This document shows positions 1 to 9,361 of a DNA stretch of 64,000 nt, in pieces. Origin of the DNA: Bacteroidota bacterium (GTDB lineage: Bacteria > Bacteroidota > Bacteroidia > Flavobacteriales > Weeksellaceae); contig JAEZYN010000030.1 of the NCBI GenBank assembly GCA_023419095.1, positions 3,309 to 67,308 on the forward strand, read 5' to 3'. Both the position numbers and the translations under genes were made by a program. Within the stretch, counting starts at the first letter, position 1. Each line of letters starts with the position of its first letter. Under the pieces are notes generated by a model, which saw only the letters and a program-made list of their open reading frames with translations, was not told the DNA's origin and ran no database searches.

Positions 1-226
1 ACTGCGCGCAGTACACGAGCTCACATCCTACAAGCTGCTCGAAACCTTCAGACATGAAAATGTATTGCTCATCCTGCTGTTTGTAAAGATAAATTTTGGT
101 GCGCGGCGTAATTTTAGTTTTGGAAAGATCGAGTTTCAGATAGTAATTTTTGTTTGTTTCGTCAAATTTCCATTGTTCACTCTCAAAGAAAAAGGCATTC
201 TTTTTACTGAATAAATTTAGGATCAT
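1..226 (-). CDS. hypothetical protein (N-terminal part only; ORF runs off the window start)
   Basis: ATG at 226 on the minus strand opens an uninterrupted frame (MILNLFSKKNAFFFESEQWKFDETNKNYYLKLDL...) that reaches the window edge. It is absent from the ORF track because it is truncated. No recognisable motif. Confidence 0.4.
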   Translation of the reverse strand, partial: MILNLFSKKNAFFFESEQWKFDETNKNYYLKLDLSKTKITPRTKIYLYKQQDEQYIFMSEGFEQLVGCELVYCAQ

Positions 227-360
227 CAATATTTGTGTTTATACGAAATTACAATAATTACTCCAGATTTCCAATATCCGGAGTTACCCAAGTATAAATG
301 TGCAGAAATTAACTGAAAAAAAAATAACTCACTGTTTGTAAGTGAGTTAACATTGTAAAG

Positions 361-757
361 TGGAGTTGGAGGGATTCGAACCCTCGTCCAAACAAGCAAT
401 ACATAAGTTTTCTACATGCTTATTCTGCGATTGTTTTTCGACTGCAAACAGAGCACAGACACCCAATTTACAGCTTAACTTCTATAATTTTCGATCCCGG
501 ACCGAAGTTTTCCGGGACTTATTTCCGCATTGCTATGTCTCATATCCAAACGCCGCAGAACAGAGCGTTTGTGAGACATCTTGCCTCCTTACTGTGCTTC
601 GGGAGAACGCAGAATCCTACTATAATTCAGATTATGCTGCAAGAGCAAACTCTTGGTCGCCAGTTAAAATTGTGTAGCAAGGGATTAAAGAGATCGCGCT
701 ACGGTTCTCTGCATGCTTACTTACCCATTGGTCTTGCTGTCGAAACCAGTCAACCCC
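361..757 (-). ncRNA. ssrA: tmRNA (transfer-messenger RNA, SsrA)
   Basis: The minus strand starts GGGGTTGACTGGTTTCGAC and ends with the T-arm GGGTTCGAATCCCTCCAACTCCA. The acceptor stem GGGGTTG/CAACTCC includes the G3:U wobble. An internal tag ORF GGCGACCAAGAGTTTGCTCTTGCAGCATAA encodes GDQEFALAA* (632-661). The ~400 nt length is typical of Bacteroidota tmRNA. Track ORFs 360-677 and 535-765 are artefacts of this RNA. Confidence 0.9.
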
Positions 758-802
758 GGTTGTAAGTTTACAAAGATACAACAATTATTTTTTTTGGGCG
801 TG

Positions 803-950
803 TTTTCTCTGCCGCTCCGCCGCGGCAGAGAAAACCGGTCTGCGGCAAGTCGCTTTTTTTTGTGTGCGTCCGCCTGGCGGCGGCGCACACAAAAAAAGAG
901 CTCCAACAGTTGCCTCCGCCCTCACGCGGGACCCGGCGCAAAAATAGCTT
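803..950. repeat. intergenic GC-hairpin element, two tandem T-tract/GC-stem/A-tract hairpins (REP-like family, diverged copy)
   Basis: Hairpin 1 is TTTTCTCTGCCGC..GCGGCAGAGAAAA (803-834). Hairpin 2 is TTTTTTTTGTGTGCG..CGCACACAAAAAAA (854-897). It is followed by GAGCTCCAACAGTTGCCTC, which resembles the conserved arm of the copies at 28889, 39353 and 45395. Confidence 0.6.
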
Positions 951-1075
951 AGCTTCCTATAAACGAGATTCTTTCATTTCACAAACTCCCAAAATCCTAT
1001 AAAAGGCGTTAAGGCAAGTTAAACTGTGATCACACTGAACCGAAAAATTCTACATTTAAACCAAAATTGCCGCAG

Positions 1076-1870
1076 ATGAAAACAAAACTACTGTTTCTCC
1101 TTTTGCTCATCTCCGTTTCCGGCTTTTCGCAAAAATATATTTTTGGAAAGGTCGCCACCGAAGAAGGCGTGGAACTGTCGAATACCGTGATCATTAATAT
1201 CCGCACAGACGAAAAAACTCTCACCGATAAAGACGGAAATTTTATGATCGCGGCTAACGTAACGGATGAATTACGTTTCACACGCAGCGGTTTCGAGCGA
1301 CTTTCACAAAGAATCGCTGCTGAAAACTATTCGGCACCGCTCAAAATAATACTCGAAAAATCGCCATATCGCATAGAAGAAGTGGAACTGACATTTCAGG
1401 CAAGTGGAAATCTCAAAAAAGATGTTAAACTTCTGGATCCGCCGAAAAAAGTAGTGGCGCTGAACAGCGACATGAACACTTACATGCACAGGCCTTTCAG
1501 CGAAACACAGCCTAAACTTTCTGTTCCAAGTGCTTTTTCGGCTCCCAATTACAATGCGGGACAGGTTGATTTGCTTGCGTTAGCGTCAACGGTGAATAAG
1601 TTATTCGGTAAAGCCACGCAGCCACCGCCTACAGCGGCAAATTATGCTGAGACACAGGTGTTTTTCCGCCGTATAAAATCTGAACTTGATCTGTCCTTCT
1701 ACACCGCGCGCGGCTTTACAGAAGAAGATATAGACCGTTTTCTGATATACGCAGACCAAAATTTTTCATTGGCTAAAAAATACCGCAAATCTTTTGATAT
1801 TCTGTCAATATCGTCCGCACTGAAGATGGCTTATCAGGAATACGTTAAAACACATAAAGTGGGAAGCTGA
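1076..1870 (+). CDS. secreted hypothetical protein with N-terminal carboxypeptidase-regulatory-like fold
   Basis: Track ORF 1067-1870 starts at TTG; I prefer the ATG at 1076. Signal peptide MKTKLLFLLLLISVSGFSQ. The stretch IFGKV..EEGVELSNTVIIN..TDKDGNF is typical of CarboxypepD_reg-like domains. Confidence 0.6.
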   Translation: MKTKLLFLLLLISVSGFSQKYIFGKVATEEGVELSNTVIINIRTDEKTLTDKDGNFMIAANVTDELRFTRSGFERLSQRIAAENYSAPLKIILEKSPYRIEEVELTFQASGNLKKDVKLLDPPKKVVALNSDMNTYMHRPFSETQPKLSVPSAFSAPNYNAGQVDLLALASTVNKLFGKATQPPPTAANYAETQVFFRRIKSELDLSFYTARGFTEEDIDRFLIYADQNFSLAKKYRKSFDILSISSALKMAYQEYVKTHKVGS

Positions 1871-1944
1871 TTTGGAACGGTTTGTGAATTATTCCCATGT
1901 CATTTATATTTTTTTTACCTTTAAAAGCAAATCATTTACACAAC

Positions 1945-2676
1945 ATGAACAGAAATATCATCGCCATCGCCATCGCAGCTGCAGGATTTATTATAGGATT
2001 GGCTTTTTTGGGAAGCGCCATTAAAAACAGAAATAAATCGGAAAATACCATCTCGGTAACCGGCTTGGGAACAAAAAAATTCACCTCAGATCTTATTACG
2101 TGGAGCGGAAATTTCTCGCGGAACAGTTTCGAATTGAAATCAGCTTACGACGAGCTTGCGAATGACAAAAAAGTCATCGAAAACTATTTGGTTTCGAAAG
2201 GAATTCCAAAAAACGAGATGGTTTTCTCGGCGGTTGATATTCAGAAACAGTTCAATTATTCCACAGATAATATGGGTCGCAGCCAGCAGAGTTTTGCCGG
2301 TTATCAGCTCTCACAGCGTGTTTCAATTGACAGTAAAGACGTAGCGAAAATCGAAAATCTCTCGCGCAATATTACCGAAATCATCAATCTCGGCATTGAA
2401 TTTACATCTTCGCCGCCCAATTATTTTTATACAAAATTGGCTGACGTAAAACAACAGATGATTGCAGATGCCACCAAAGATGCGAAACAGCGCGCCGAAA
2501 AGATTGCCGAAAACGCGGGAACTTCCCTCGGCAGACTGAAAAAAGCCACGATGGGTGTCACGCAGATCACAGAGCCTAACTCAACCGAAGAATTTTCGTA
2601 CGGCGGAACATTCAACACATCTTCAAAAGACAAAGAGGCAAGCATCACTATAAAACTGGAATATCAGGTTGATTAA
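1945..2676 (+). CDS. SIMPL (DUF541) domain-containing protein
   Basis: Track ORF 1897-2676; likely start is MNRNIIAIAIAAAGFIIG (membrane anchor). The overall pattern (ISVTG..., ...IKLEYQV) resembles the SIMPL/26-kDa periplasmic immunogenic protein family. Assigned by eye. Confidence 0.6.
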   Translation: MNRNIIAIAIAAAGFIIGLAFLGSAIKNRNKSENTISVTGLGTKKFTSDLITWSGNFSRNSFELKSAYDELANDKKVIENYLVSKGIPKNEMVFSAVDIQKQFNYSTDNMGRSQQSFAGYQLSQRVSIDSKDVAKIENLSRNITEIINLGIEFTSSPPNYFYTKLADVKQQMIADATKDAKQRAEKIAENAGTSLGRLKKATMGVTQITEPNSTEEFSYGGTFNTSSKDKEASITIKLEYQVD

Positions 2677-2728
2677 TGAAAGCACTGGTGTTGGCTCTTT
2701 TTACTTTTTACCTGGCTCTTTAATTGAC

Positions 2729-3241
2729 TCAACAATAGACCACATCATAAATCTCCTCCTTGATCCAGTCGGTTTTTTCGGGTTGCCAGTTCGCCAGGAG
2801 CCATAGTTTTAGGGCACTTTTACTAGGTTCGTAGCATGGCTGCTCATAATTTTCGTCAATGACTTCAAAACCGTTCCGTCTGTAAAATTCTATTCTTCGG
2901 CGCGCGTTTTCGTCCAGATTTTCGGGTTCGGCTTCCAACACGATATGGGTATAGCTTTTAAAAAGGTGGCTGATGACGTCTGAACCGTATTTCAGGCTGC
3001 GGAAGTCGGAGAAAATTTCGAAATGTTCAATAAATACAAACCCCGTCAACTCCCATGAAATGATATAGCCAATATTTTTGAGTTCGTGCAGAATTGAACA
3101 CACCTTTACGCAAGGGTTTGAAAACAGTTTACTGAACTGTTGTTCGCTGCGTCTTTCGTCGGGTGGAAAGGTGACACAGTAGGAAGCATAAATCTCCACT
3201 GCGCGGTAATCGTCATACGTTGGGATCTGCAAATATTCCAT
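2729..3241 (-). CDS. GNAT family N-acetyltransferase
   Basis: 170-aa ORF. The motif RRRIEFYRRNGFEVI is typical of the acetyl-CoA-binding region of GNAT enzymes. Confidence 0.6.
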   Translation of the reverse strand: MEYLQIPTYDDYRAVEIYASYCVTFPPDERRSEQQFSKLFSNPCVKVCSILHELKNIGYIISWELTGFVFIEHFEIFSDFRSLKYGSDVISHLFKSYTHIVLEAEPENLDENARRRIEFYRRNGFEVIDENYEQPCYEPSKSALKLWLLANWQPEKTDWIKEEIYDVVYC

Positions 3242-3297
3242 AGGCTGAACTGAAAATTTGGAATCTTCCCTGCAAGATTTGAGCCTAAAAAAACTTT

Positions 3298-3519
3298 TCA
3301 GAGATCGAAAACACTAGGTCTTCGTGTGATGAAAATGTCTTTCACCCATAATGTAAACGCCAGCCCTAAATAGAAAAGAAAGAAAACCCCTGCTGTCGCA
3401 AAAGTAGAATAGATAAAAAACACGCGAAGCTTCGAAACGGGAATGCCAAGTTTCGCGCCCATACGCGTCAGGACGCCAAACCATTCCTTTTCCATCGTAT
3501 GTCTTAGGTTACTAAACAT
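3298..3519 (-). CDS. PspC domain-containing membrane protein
   Basis: Track ORF 3298-3549 starts at TTG; the internal ATG (MFSNLRH...) is preferred. WFGVLTRMGAKLGIPVSKLRVFFIYS followed by a TM helix matches the PspC domain pattern. Confidence 0.6.
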   Translation of the reverse strand: MFSNLRHTMEKEWFGVLTRMGAKLGIPVSKLRVFFIYSTFATAGVFFLFYLGLAFTLWVKDIFITRRPSVFDL

Positions 3520-3621
3520 ATCTGCGTATTCTTTTTGTAAAAATAGCAAATTTAAAAATGAACAGTTTTAATCTTTAAAAATATTTTTTAAAGGCGCCGT
3601 CTCAAAATCGATTTTAAATTG

Positions 3622-4569
3622 TTAGTGCTGATGATCGTGAGAAGCAGTTTCCGTATTCACATTACACAGAATCGAGGCGTCATGTGTATGGGCAGCAGTT
3701 TCCAACTGTATGGTTATGTGTTGGATATTAAGATGCATTAAACTGTGTTCTATTTTCCGGAGAATCTCTTCGCTTTCTTCGATCGTCATATTTTTATTCA
3801 AAACCGCGTGGCAGGTGAGTGCATTCAGTCCACTGGTGATCGTCCAGATATGCAGGTCGTGAATGGCTGAAACACCTTCTGTTTCCAGAATTTTCCCCTT
3901 TACCTGATCAATCCGCACATTATCCGGTGTGCCTTCCATCAGTACGTGTACCGAAGATTTTGTAACCAGATATCCGCTGCGTAGTACGAGCAATGACACG
4001 ATCACGCTGGCCAAAGGGTCGGCCCAGTTCCAGCCCATAAATATAATCAGAAGTGCAGCAATTATGGCACCTAACGATCCCAGCATATCGCTGATGACAT
4101 GCAGATAGGCGCCGCGCATATTCAGGTTTTCCTTCACATCTGCGCCACGCAGCATAATCCACGCAACTAATGCATTAACAAATAAACCAATGCCTGCAAT
4201 GATGAGCATTCCCTGTGATGCTATTTCCGGGGGATTTCGGAAGCGTGCAACAGATTCCAGCATAATATAAACCGAAATAATAATCAGCGTTGCGCCATTG
4301 AGCACCGCCGCTAAAATCTCAAACCTTTTGTAGCCGTACGTTTTGCGGTAATCGGCGGATTTATTACTGAATGTAAAAGCCATCAGCGCGATCAGAAGTG
4401 AAAGTGCATCGCTCAGCATATGCCCCGCGTCAGCAAGCAGAGACAGGCTGTTCGTAAGTATCCCGCCTATTACCTCAACAACCATGTAAGCGGAAATGAT
4501 GCTCAGGCAGATGACTAAGGTTTTTTTATTTGCCTGATGCGTATGGCCGTGATCGTGTTGGTGCGCCAT
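3622..4569 (-). CDS. czcD: cation diffusion facilitator (CDF) family heavy-metal efflux transporter
   Basis: 315 aa with His-rich termini (MAHQHDHGHTH.., ..ASHDHQH). It has six TM segments, the HMLSDALS and HVISDMLGS motifs, and a C-terminal cytoplasmic domain (HDLHIW). Confidence 0.9.
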   Translation of the reverse strand: MAHQHDHGHTHQANKKTLVICLSIISAYMVVEVIGGILTNSLSLLADAGHMLSDALSLLIALMAFTFSNKSADYRKTYGYKRFEILAAVLNGATLIIISVYIMLESVARFRNPPEIASQGMLIIAGIGLFVNALVAWIMLRGADVKENLNMRGAYLHVISDMLGSLGAIIAALLIIFMGWNWADPLASVIVSLLVLRSGYLVTKSSVHVLMEGTPDNVRIDQVKGKILETEGVSAIHDLHIWTITSGLNALTCHAVLNKNMTIEESEEILRKIEHSLMHLNIQHITIQLETAAHTHDASILCNVNTETASHDHQH

Positions 4570-4596
4570 TATTTTAATGTTAAAGACAAATTAATT

Positions 4597-6201
4597 TTAA
4601 GCCTGCAAAAAATTAATTGAAACCGTCGCAAGATCGGAATCAGGATATTTTTTAAACAGTTCCCGGTTAACCTGTAAGCCCACTTCGTTGCATATTTTGT
4701 GGAAAACATCCACTTCCACAATGTATTGGTCGGAAAATCCGTGTGTTGCGTCATACGCTGTGGCGGGCGTTTGGCCAAGATGGCGGCTGGTGAGGTCGGG
4801 GCTTAGGGTATGAAGTTCGATGACGAGCAACCCATTTTTCCGAATGTAGGGCAGCCAAAGTTTCAGATGTTCTTTCAGGTTTTCTTCTACAAGCCTATTC
4901 GGAATCCGTCTGCCGAGATACGCATACGCGCCCGTGGAAGTTGACACACGTTCCGGATCCGCGCTTGTAGGTTCCTTCCAGATTCTGTTATGGTCCAGAA
5001 AAGTCCGGATATTCAGCAGGTCGCCAAGATCGATTTCGTAGTTTTCGCGCAGGTCTTTCGCAAGCAAATCCGGATTTCCTATATCGCCCCAGATTACTTT
5101 AGCCCAAATATCGTTACTGATGAGGTTGGCGCGTGTAACATTTAAGGCTGCCTGGTTATAATCTGCACCCACAAGGAAAAGCGGATGATCCTCGAGCATT
5201 TTTCCACGTAAGGTCTGGCGTTCGATAGTTTCAAAGATATGCTGAATGAAGGCGCCGTTGCCGCAGCCCATATCCAGAATGCCTTTTGGCTGAAGGTGAA
5301 TCGGCTGATTAAAAATAGAAATAATGAAGTCTGTCACCACTTTAAAATAGGTGGAATGCGCACCGCCGCTGCCCCAAACATTCATTTTCCGATTCACGTG
5401 TACTTCCTCCTCCTTCTCAGACTCCGTGCGCAAACCGTCTGCTTTACCAAAAATAAGTTCTTCGACACGGCTGAACATAGGCAGATACGAAACGGTAACG
5501 CCGTAAGACGCGGCTCTGCGGGCAAAATAAAGTCCGGTTTCTGTAAATTTAAAATTGGAATTGGTCTTTGTAAACCAACCCAGATCTTTGAGGAAATCGA
5601 GGATCTTTTCAAAATTTTCCGGCTCCTTATGAAATTCAGAAGCTTGAAAAGAAGTTTCCATAAAATATTTGTGGAACATGCCACTCATGCCCAGCTGCAC
5701 GATGATGGGTCCGGCGAGGCAACCTTCGATATGTTTTAAAATCTGCGTGGCAACTTCTTCTTCTTCAGTGCTATTTGACACGTCTGGTAAGTCAAATTTA
5801 TTTTTAAACTCCTCAAACATCAAAACCAGATTAGAGAAAGCATCCGGTTTCATGTCCTGAAAATCAAAATTGGAGGCCTGCGTTAAGACCGGCAGTATCT
5901 TTTGATAAAGATGACCGTAGGAAAGTAGAGACGCTGTTTTCTCGTTTATCGAAATCTGTATCCTGTCATTTCCGTTATCAATGGAATAATTCAGAAATCC
6001 CTGTGAGGCAAGAACCCGCAACGCAACATTCAGATATCCTTCATTAGCTGAAAAAAGTGCCGTAAGTTCATTGAGCATTACGTTTTCGCGCTCTGCAATT
6101 TCCGCTAAAACACCTTTATTGATTAAAGCGGCAGCTACCGGCGCGGTAACCAGTCCATCGAGATGCTGAAAGATGGTACTTCGGAGTTTTCTTTTATCCA
6201 T
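4597..6201 (-). CDS. class I SAM-dependent methyltransferase with a long N-terminal extension (two wHTH/dimerisation-like modules)
   Basis: 534 aa. SAM motif I is ILDMGCGNGAF and post-I is LVGADYN. The N-terminal halves HLDGLVTAPVAAALINKGV and HIEGCLAGPIIVQLGMSGM look like duplicated O-methyltransferase dimerisation domains. Confidence 0.65.
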   Translation of the reverse strand: MDKRKLRSTIFQHLDGLVTAPVAAALINKGVLAEIAERENVMLNELTALFSANEGYLNVALRVLASQGFLNYSIDNGNDRIQISINEKTASLLSYGHLYQKILPVLTQASNFDFQDMKPDAFSNLVLMFEEFKNKFDLPDVSNSTEEEEVATQILKHIEGCLAGPIIVQLGMSGMFHKYFMETSFQASEFHKEPENFEKILDFLKDLGWFTKTNSNFKFTETGLYFARRAASYGVTVSYLPMFSRVEELIFGKADGLRTESEKEEEVHVNRKMNVWGSGGAHSTYFKVVTDFIISIFNQPIHLQPKGILDMGCGNGAFIQHIFETIERQTLRGKMLEDHPLFLVGADYNQAALNVTRANLISNDIWAKVIWGDIGNPDLLAKDLRENYEIDLGDLLNIRTFLDHNRIWKEPTSADPERVSTSTGAYAYLGRRIPNRLVEENLKEHLKLWLPYIRKNGLLVIELHTLSPDLTSRHLGQTPATAYDATHGFSDQYIVEVDVFHKICNEVGLQVNRELFKKYPDSDLATVSINFLQA

Positions 6202-6314
6202 AGATATTTTCGTGAATTTAAAATCACATAAATATAAATAAATTTAAAAAAACAAATCAGTTTTCAATTTGTCGGGCGCATTATCTTTAGCTTTGTAATT
6301 CAAAGTTCTCTTTT

Positions 6315-6953
6315 ATGGAATCTAAAAATTATCAGGAAGATCTCTCACACATCCGTTCGATGATGGAACGCGGTTCCCGGTTTTTATCACTGAGTGGCCT
6401 GTCCGGCGTCTTTGCAGGTTGCGTGGCGCTGATTGGGGCTATATTTGTCTGGTTTAAACTTAAAAGTCGCAACATCGATTATTTTTCTACACTTAAAAAT
6501 CTTGCGGGTAGTGATATTCTGCTCAGTTGGATCGTGACTGGTTTAGTCATTTTGGTGCTTGCAATTTCAGGCGCATATTTTTTAACTTTAAAACGCAGCA
6601 AAGAAACTAATCAGCCGGTTTGGAGTCTGACCACGAGGCGAATGCTGCTGGATTTTTCTATTCCGCTGGTAACCGGTGCCCTTTTCTGCATTGGCTTGTT
6701 ATATCACGGGCTTTTTCTCTGGCTTGCTCCCGCGACGCTCATATTCTACGGTTTGGCCCTGGTGAGTGCCGAAAAACACACCTTAGGTGAAATGAAATAT
6801 TTAGGTTTTTGCCAAATCATTCTGGGTTTGATTTCAGTTTTTTTTACGGAATTAGGTCTGGTTTGCTGGGCGTTGGGCTTTGGTATTTTACACATCTTTT
6901 ACGGCCTGATGATGCACAGAAAATACAGGGCAACAAACAATTTATCTGAATGA
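6315..6953 (+). CDS. hypothetical integral membrane protein
   Basis: 212 aa with about five hydrophobic helices. Its stop overlaps the start of the downstream regulator (ATGA), suggesting an operon. Confidence 0.6.
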   Translation: MESKNYQEDLSHIRSMMERGSRFLSLSGLSGVFAGCVALIGAIFVWFKLKSRNIDYFSTLKNLAGSDILLSWIVTGLVILVLAISGAYFLTLKRSKETNQPVWSLTTRRMLLDFSIPLVTGALFCIGLLYHGLFLWLAPATLIFYGLALVSAEKHTLGEMKYLGFCQIILGLISVFFTELGLVCWALGFGILHIFYGLMMHRKYRATNNLSE

Positions 6954-7240
6954 TCGGTAATTTAAACAAAGAATTTGAAAGCAGGGTAAGACTTGGCATA
7001 ATGTCTGTGCTGATGGTGAATGAGTGGATTGATTTTAAAGAAATGAAAAAACTGCTCGAAATCACCGATGGAAATTTGGCGAGCCACATCGCGGCACTCG
7101 AAAAATTAGAATTTATCGAAATAAAAAAAGAATTTGTGGGGAAAAAACCAAAAACGTCTTACCGCGCCACAGAAAAAGGCCGGACGTCGTTTGTTGAGCA
7201 TCTGTCTGCGCTTGAGGAAATATTGGGAAGGACGCGCTGA
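6950..7240 (+). CDS. winged-helix transcriptional regulator (ArsR/PadR-like small regulator)
   Basis: 96 aa. RLGIMSVLMVNEWIDFKEMKKLLEITDGNLASHIAALEKLEFIEIKK is a typical wHTH. It is translationally coupled to the upstream membrane protein. Confidence 0.7.
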   Translation: MIGNLNKEFESRVRLGIMSVLMVNEWIDFKEMKKLLEITDGNLASHIAALEKLEFIEIKKEFVGKKPKTSYRATEKGRTSFVEHLSALEEILGRTR

Positions 7241-7328
7241 AGTGTTTAAATTAACCTAATGCAGAGCAAATATTTTTTAATCTATTGAAAACTATTTAAA
7301 TGCATTTTTTTGAGTTAAAAGTAACTTT

Positions 7329-7835
7329 ATGAAGAAATTAGTTTTTGTTGGTTTGTTTTTAATACTTTCCTGCAGCAAGGAGCAAACGTCTGATGTTGCT
7401 GAAATCTCAGATACTTCCAATACAGGTTCTGCAAAGGAAATTATAGATTCTGCTGAAAACGAGACGCAGGCAAATTTAGATACGATTGTTGTTGATTCTC
7501 AACCTGCTGATGACGGTTCTGAAATCGTAAAAATGATCAGTGGAAACGGTATTCCACTTGAGCTAACAGAGGAATTTACCAGCGATCAGCAACAGTTCAT
7601 AATTAAAATAAGGGATTTTACGGGCTCAAATATTTCCGCTGCAATTATTCCCGAAAAACCTTCCATGAATATCCGTTTCAATCAGATAAAACTTCCGAAT
7701 GGCGAATACGACGGACCTTTCGGTCGGGAAATCAGTTACAAAATACAGCAAAACGGAGAAATCTGGCTGATTGTTGGCAAAAGCAACATGGCATCGGGCA
7801 CGGCAACGGGAAAATTCAAAGTTGTTATAGAATAG
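7329..7835 (+). CDS. hypothetical lipoprotein
   Basis: Lipobox-type signal MKKLVFVGLFLILSCSKE. No recognisable domain. Confidence 0.6.
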   Translation: MKKLVFVGLFLILSCSKEQTSDVAEISDTSNTGSAKEIIDSAENETQANLDTIVVDSQPADDGSEIVKMISGNGIPLELTEEFTSDQQQFIIKIRDFTGSNISAAIIPEKPSMNIRFNQIKLPNGEYDGPFGREISYKIQQNGEIWLIVGKSNMASGTATGKFKVVIE

Positions 7836-7863
7836 ACTGGAGATTTAGCCATCCATTTATATT

Positions 7864-7899
7864 AAAAATCCGCGGTCTCAATTCTGAGCCGCGGTTTTT
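7864..7899. terminator. bidirectional rho-independent terminator between convergent genes
   Basis: AAAAAT-CCGCGGTCTCA-attc-TGAGCCGCGG-TTTTT. It sits between the lipoprotein gene (+) and pyk (-). Confidence 0.75.
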
Positions 7900-7915
7900 A
7901 TTTTTAAATCTTTTT

Positions 7916-9361
7916 TTAAACTGTAGTTAACCTTAAAGTATTCGTTTTACCGCTATCGTAGGCCGGTGTAGCATTGAGGTTAATGACGAAATCGCCCTGT
8001 TCTACAAAGCCGTGCGTATGCGCCAGCATGTTTACCTGGATGATGGTTTCATCGGTAGATTTCTGCATGTTATAGTAGAATGCGCGCACGCCCCAAAGAA
8101 GGTTCAGCATCGTAAGAACGCGCTTATTGGAACTGAACACTATAATGTTTGAATTCGGGCGGTGCGCTGAAATCTGAAACGCCGTGTAACCCGAATTCGT
8201 CAGTGTGATGATAGCTTCAACATTCGCTGATTTGGCAATTCTTACGGCCGCCAGACACACCCGGTTTGTAATGAAACGTTCATCTACGCAATTGAATTCG
8301 CGCTCAATTGGAGAGTTTTTATTCTGATAAAAATGAGTTTGCTCGATGTTTTTTACAATTTTAGCCATATTCCGCACCACATCCACCGGATAGCGTCCAA
8401 CGGAAGTTTCACCCGAAAGCATCACCGCATCAGCACCGTCAAGCACGGAGTTGGCAACGTCGTTCACTTCCGCACGAGTCGGCGTAAGGCTATTAATCAT
8501 CGTCTCCATCATCTGTGTGGCAATGATGACAGGTTTTGCATGTTTCCGCGCTATTTCCACGAGATTTTTCTGGATTGCCGGAACTTCTTCCATCGGAACT
8601 TCTACACCCAGGTCGCCGCGTGCAACCATCAGTCCGTCACATTCCATCAGAATCTGCTCGATATTTCGAACGCCTTCCGGCTTTTCAATCTTGGCAATTA
8701 TCGGTGTCTTTACTTTATTAGAAGGATGATTTTTAATAAGTTCCTTCAGATCAATGATATCCTGCGCATGGCGTACAAATGAAAGCGCGATCCAGTCCAG
8801 TTCAAGATCAAGCATGAAATTGGCATCCTCAATATCTTTTTCGGTCAGAGCCGGTAATGATACATTTGTGTTCGGTAGATTTACGCCTTTTTTCGAACTT
8901 AAGGGTCCGCCCTGAATAGTTCGGGCGCGTACGGTATCTACATTATTGGTCTCAACGACTTCCAGCACCAGTTTTCCATCGTCAATGAGGATTCTTTCGC
9001 CAGCTTTCACGTCCTGCGGAAACTGCTGGTACGTCATGTATACGCGGGTGGAGTCACCTTCGATTTTTTCATTAGTAAAGGTGAGAATATCACCCGGATT
9101 GAGGTACGAACCTTCTTTTACAACGCCGACACGTAGTTTCGGGCCTTGCAGGTCACCAAGAATGCCGACAGAGAAACCGTATTCCTGGTTCAATTCCCGG
9201 ATTGTTTCTACATTTTTTCTTACTAAATCGTAATCGGCGTGAGAAAAATTTATTCTGAATACATCGGTTCCAGCCTGAATAAGTTGCAGCATCGTTTCTT
9301 TGTCGGAAGATGCCGGACCCAGCGTCGCGATGATTTTAGTTTTTTTTAGATATTTATTCAT
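7916..9361 (-). CDS. pyk: pyruvate kinase
   Basis: 481 aa. TKIIATLGPAS, FRINFSHA, GDLQGPKLR, MVARGDLGVE and ATQMMETM are canonical pyruvate kinase motifs. Confidence 0.95.
   Translation of the reverse strand: MNKYLKKTKIIATLGPASSDKETMLQLIQAGTDVFRINFSHADYDLVRKNVETIRELNQEYGFSVGILGDLQGPKLRVGVVKEGSYLNPGDILTFTNEKIEGDSTRVYMTYQQFPQDVKAGERILIDDGKLVLEVVETNNVDTVRARTIQGGPLSSKKGVNLPNTNVSLPALTEKDIEDANFMLDLELDWIALSFVRHAQDIIDLKELIKNHPSNKVKTPIIAKIEKPEGVRNIEQILMECDGLMVARGDLGVEVPMEEVPAIQKNLVEIARKHAKPVIIATQMMETMINSLTPTRAEVNDVANSVLDGADAVMLSGETSVGRYPVDVVRNMAKIVKNIEQTHFYQNKNSPIEREFNCVDERFITNRVCLAAVRIAKSANVEAIITLTNSGYTAFQISAHRPNSNIIVFSSNKRVLTMLNLLWGVRAFYYNMQKSTDETIIQVNMLAHTHGFVEQGDFVINLNATPAYDSGKTNTLRLTTV

Noticed and set aside
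360-952. Track ORFs 360-677, 535-765, 713-952 and 721-906 as coding genes
   Set aside because: They overlap the tmRNA gene or the GC-hairpin repeats. Their translations are low-complexity or Arg/Cys-rich, which is typical of structured RNA or repeat DNA read as protein.
1-1075. Genomic island integrated at the tmRNA gene
   Set aside because: ssrA 3' ends are common integration sites. Here no integrase gene, no duplicated ssrA 3' fragment (att) and no foreign-looking genes are visible next to it. The region below 361 is a short spacer plus an ordinary truncated ORF.
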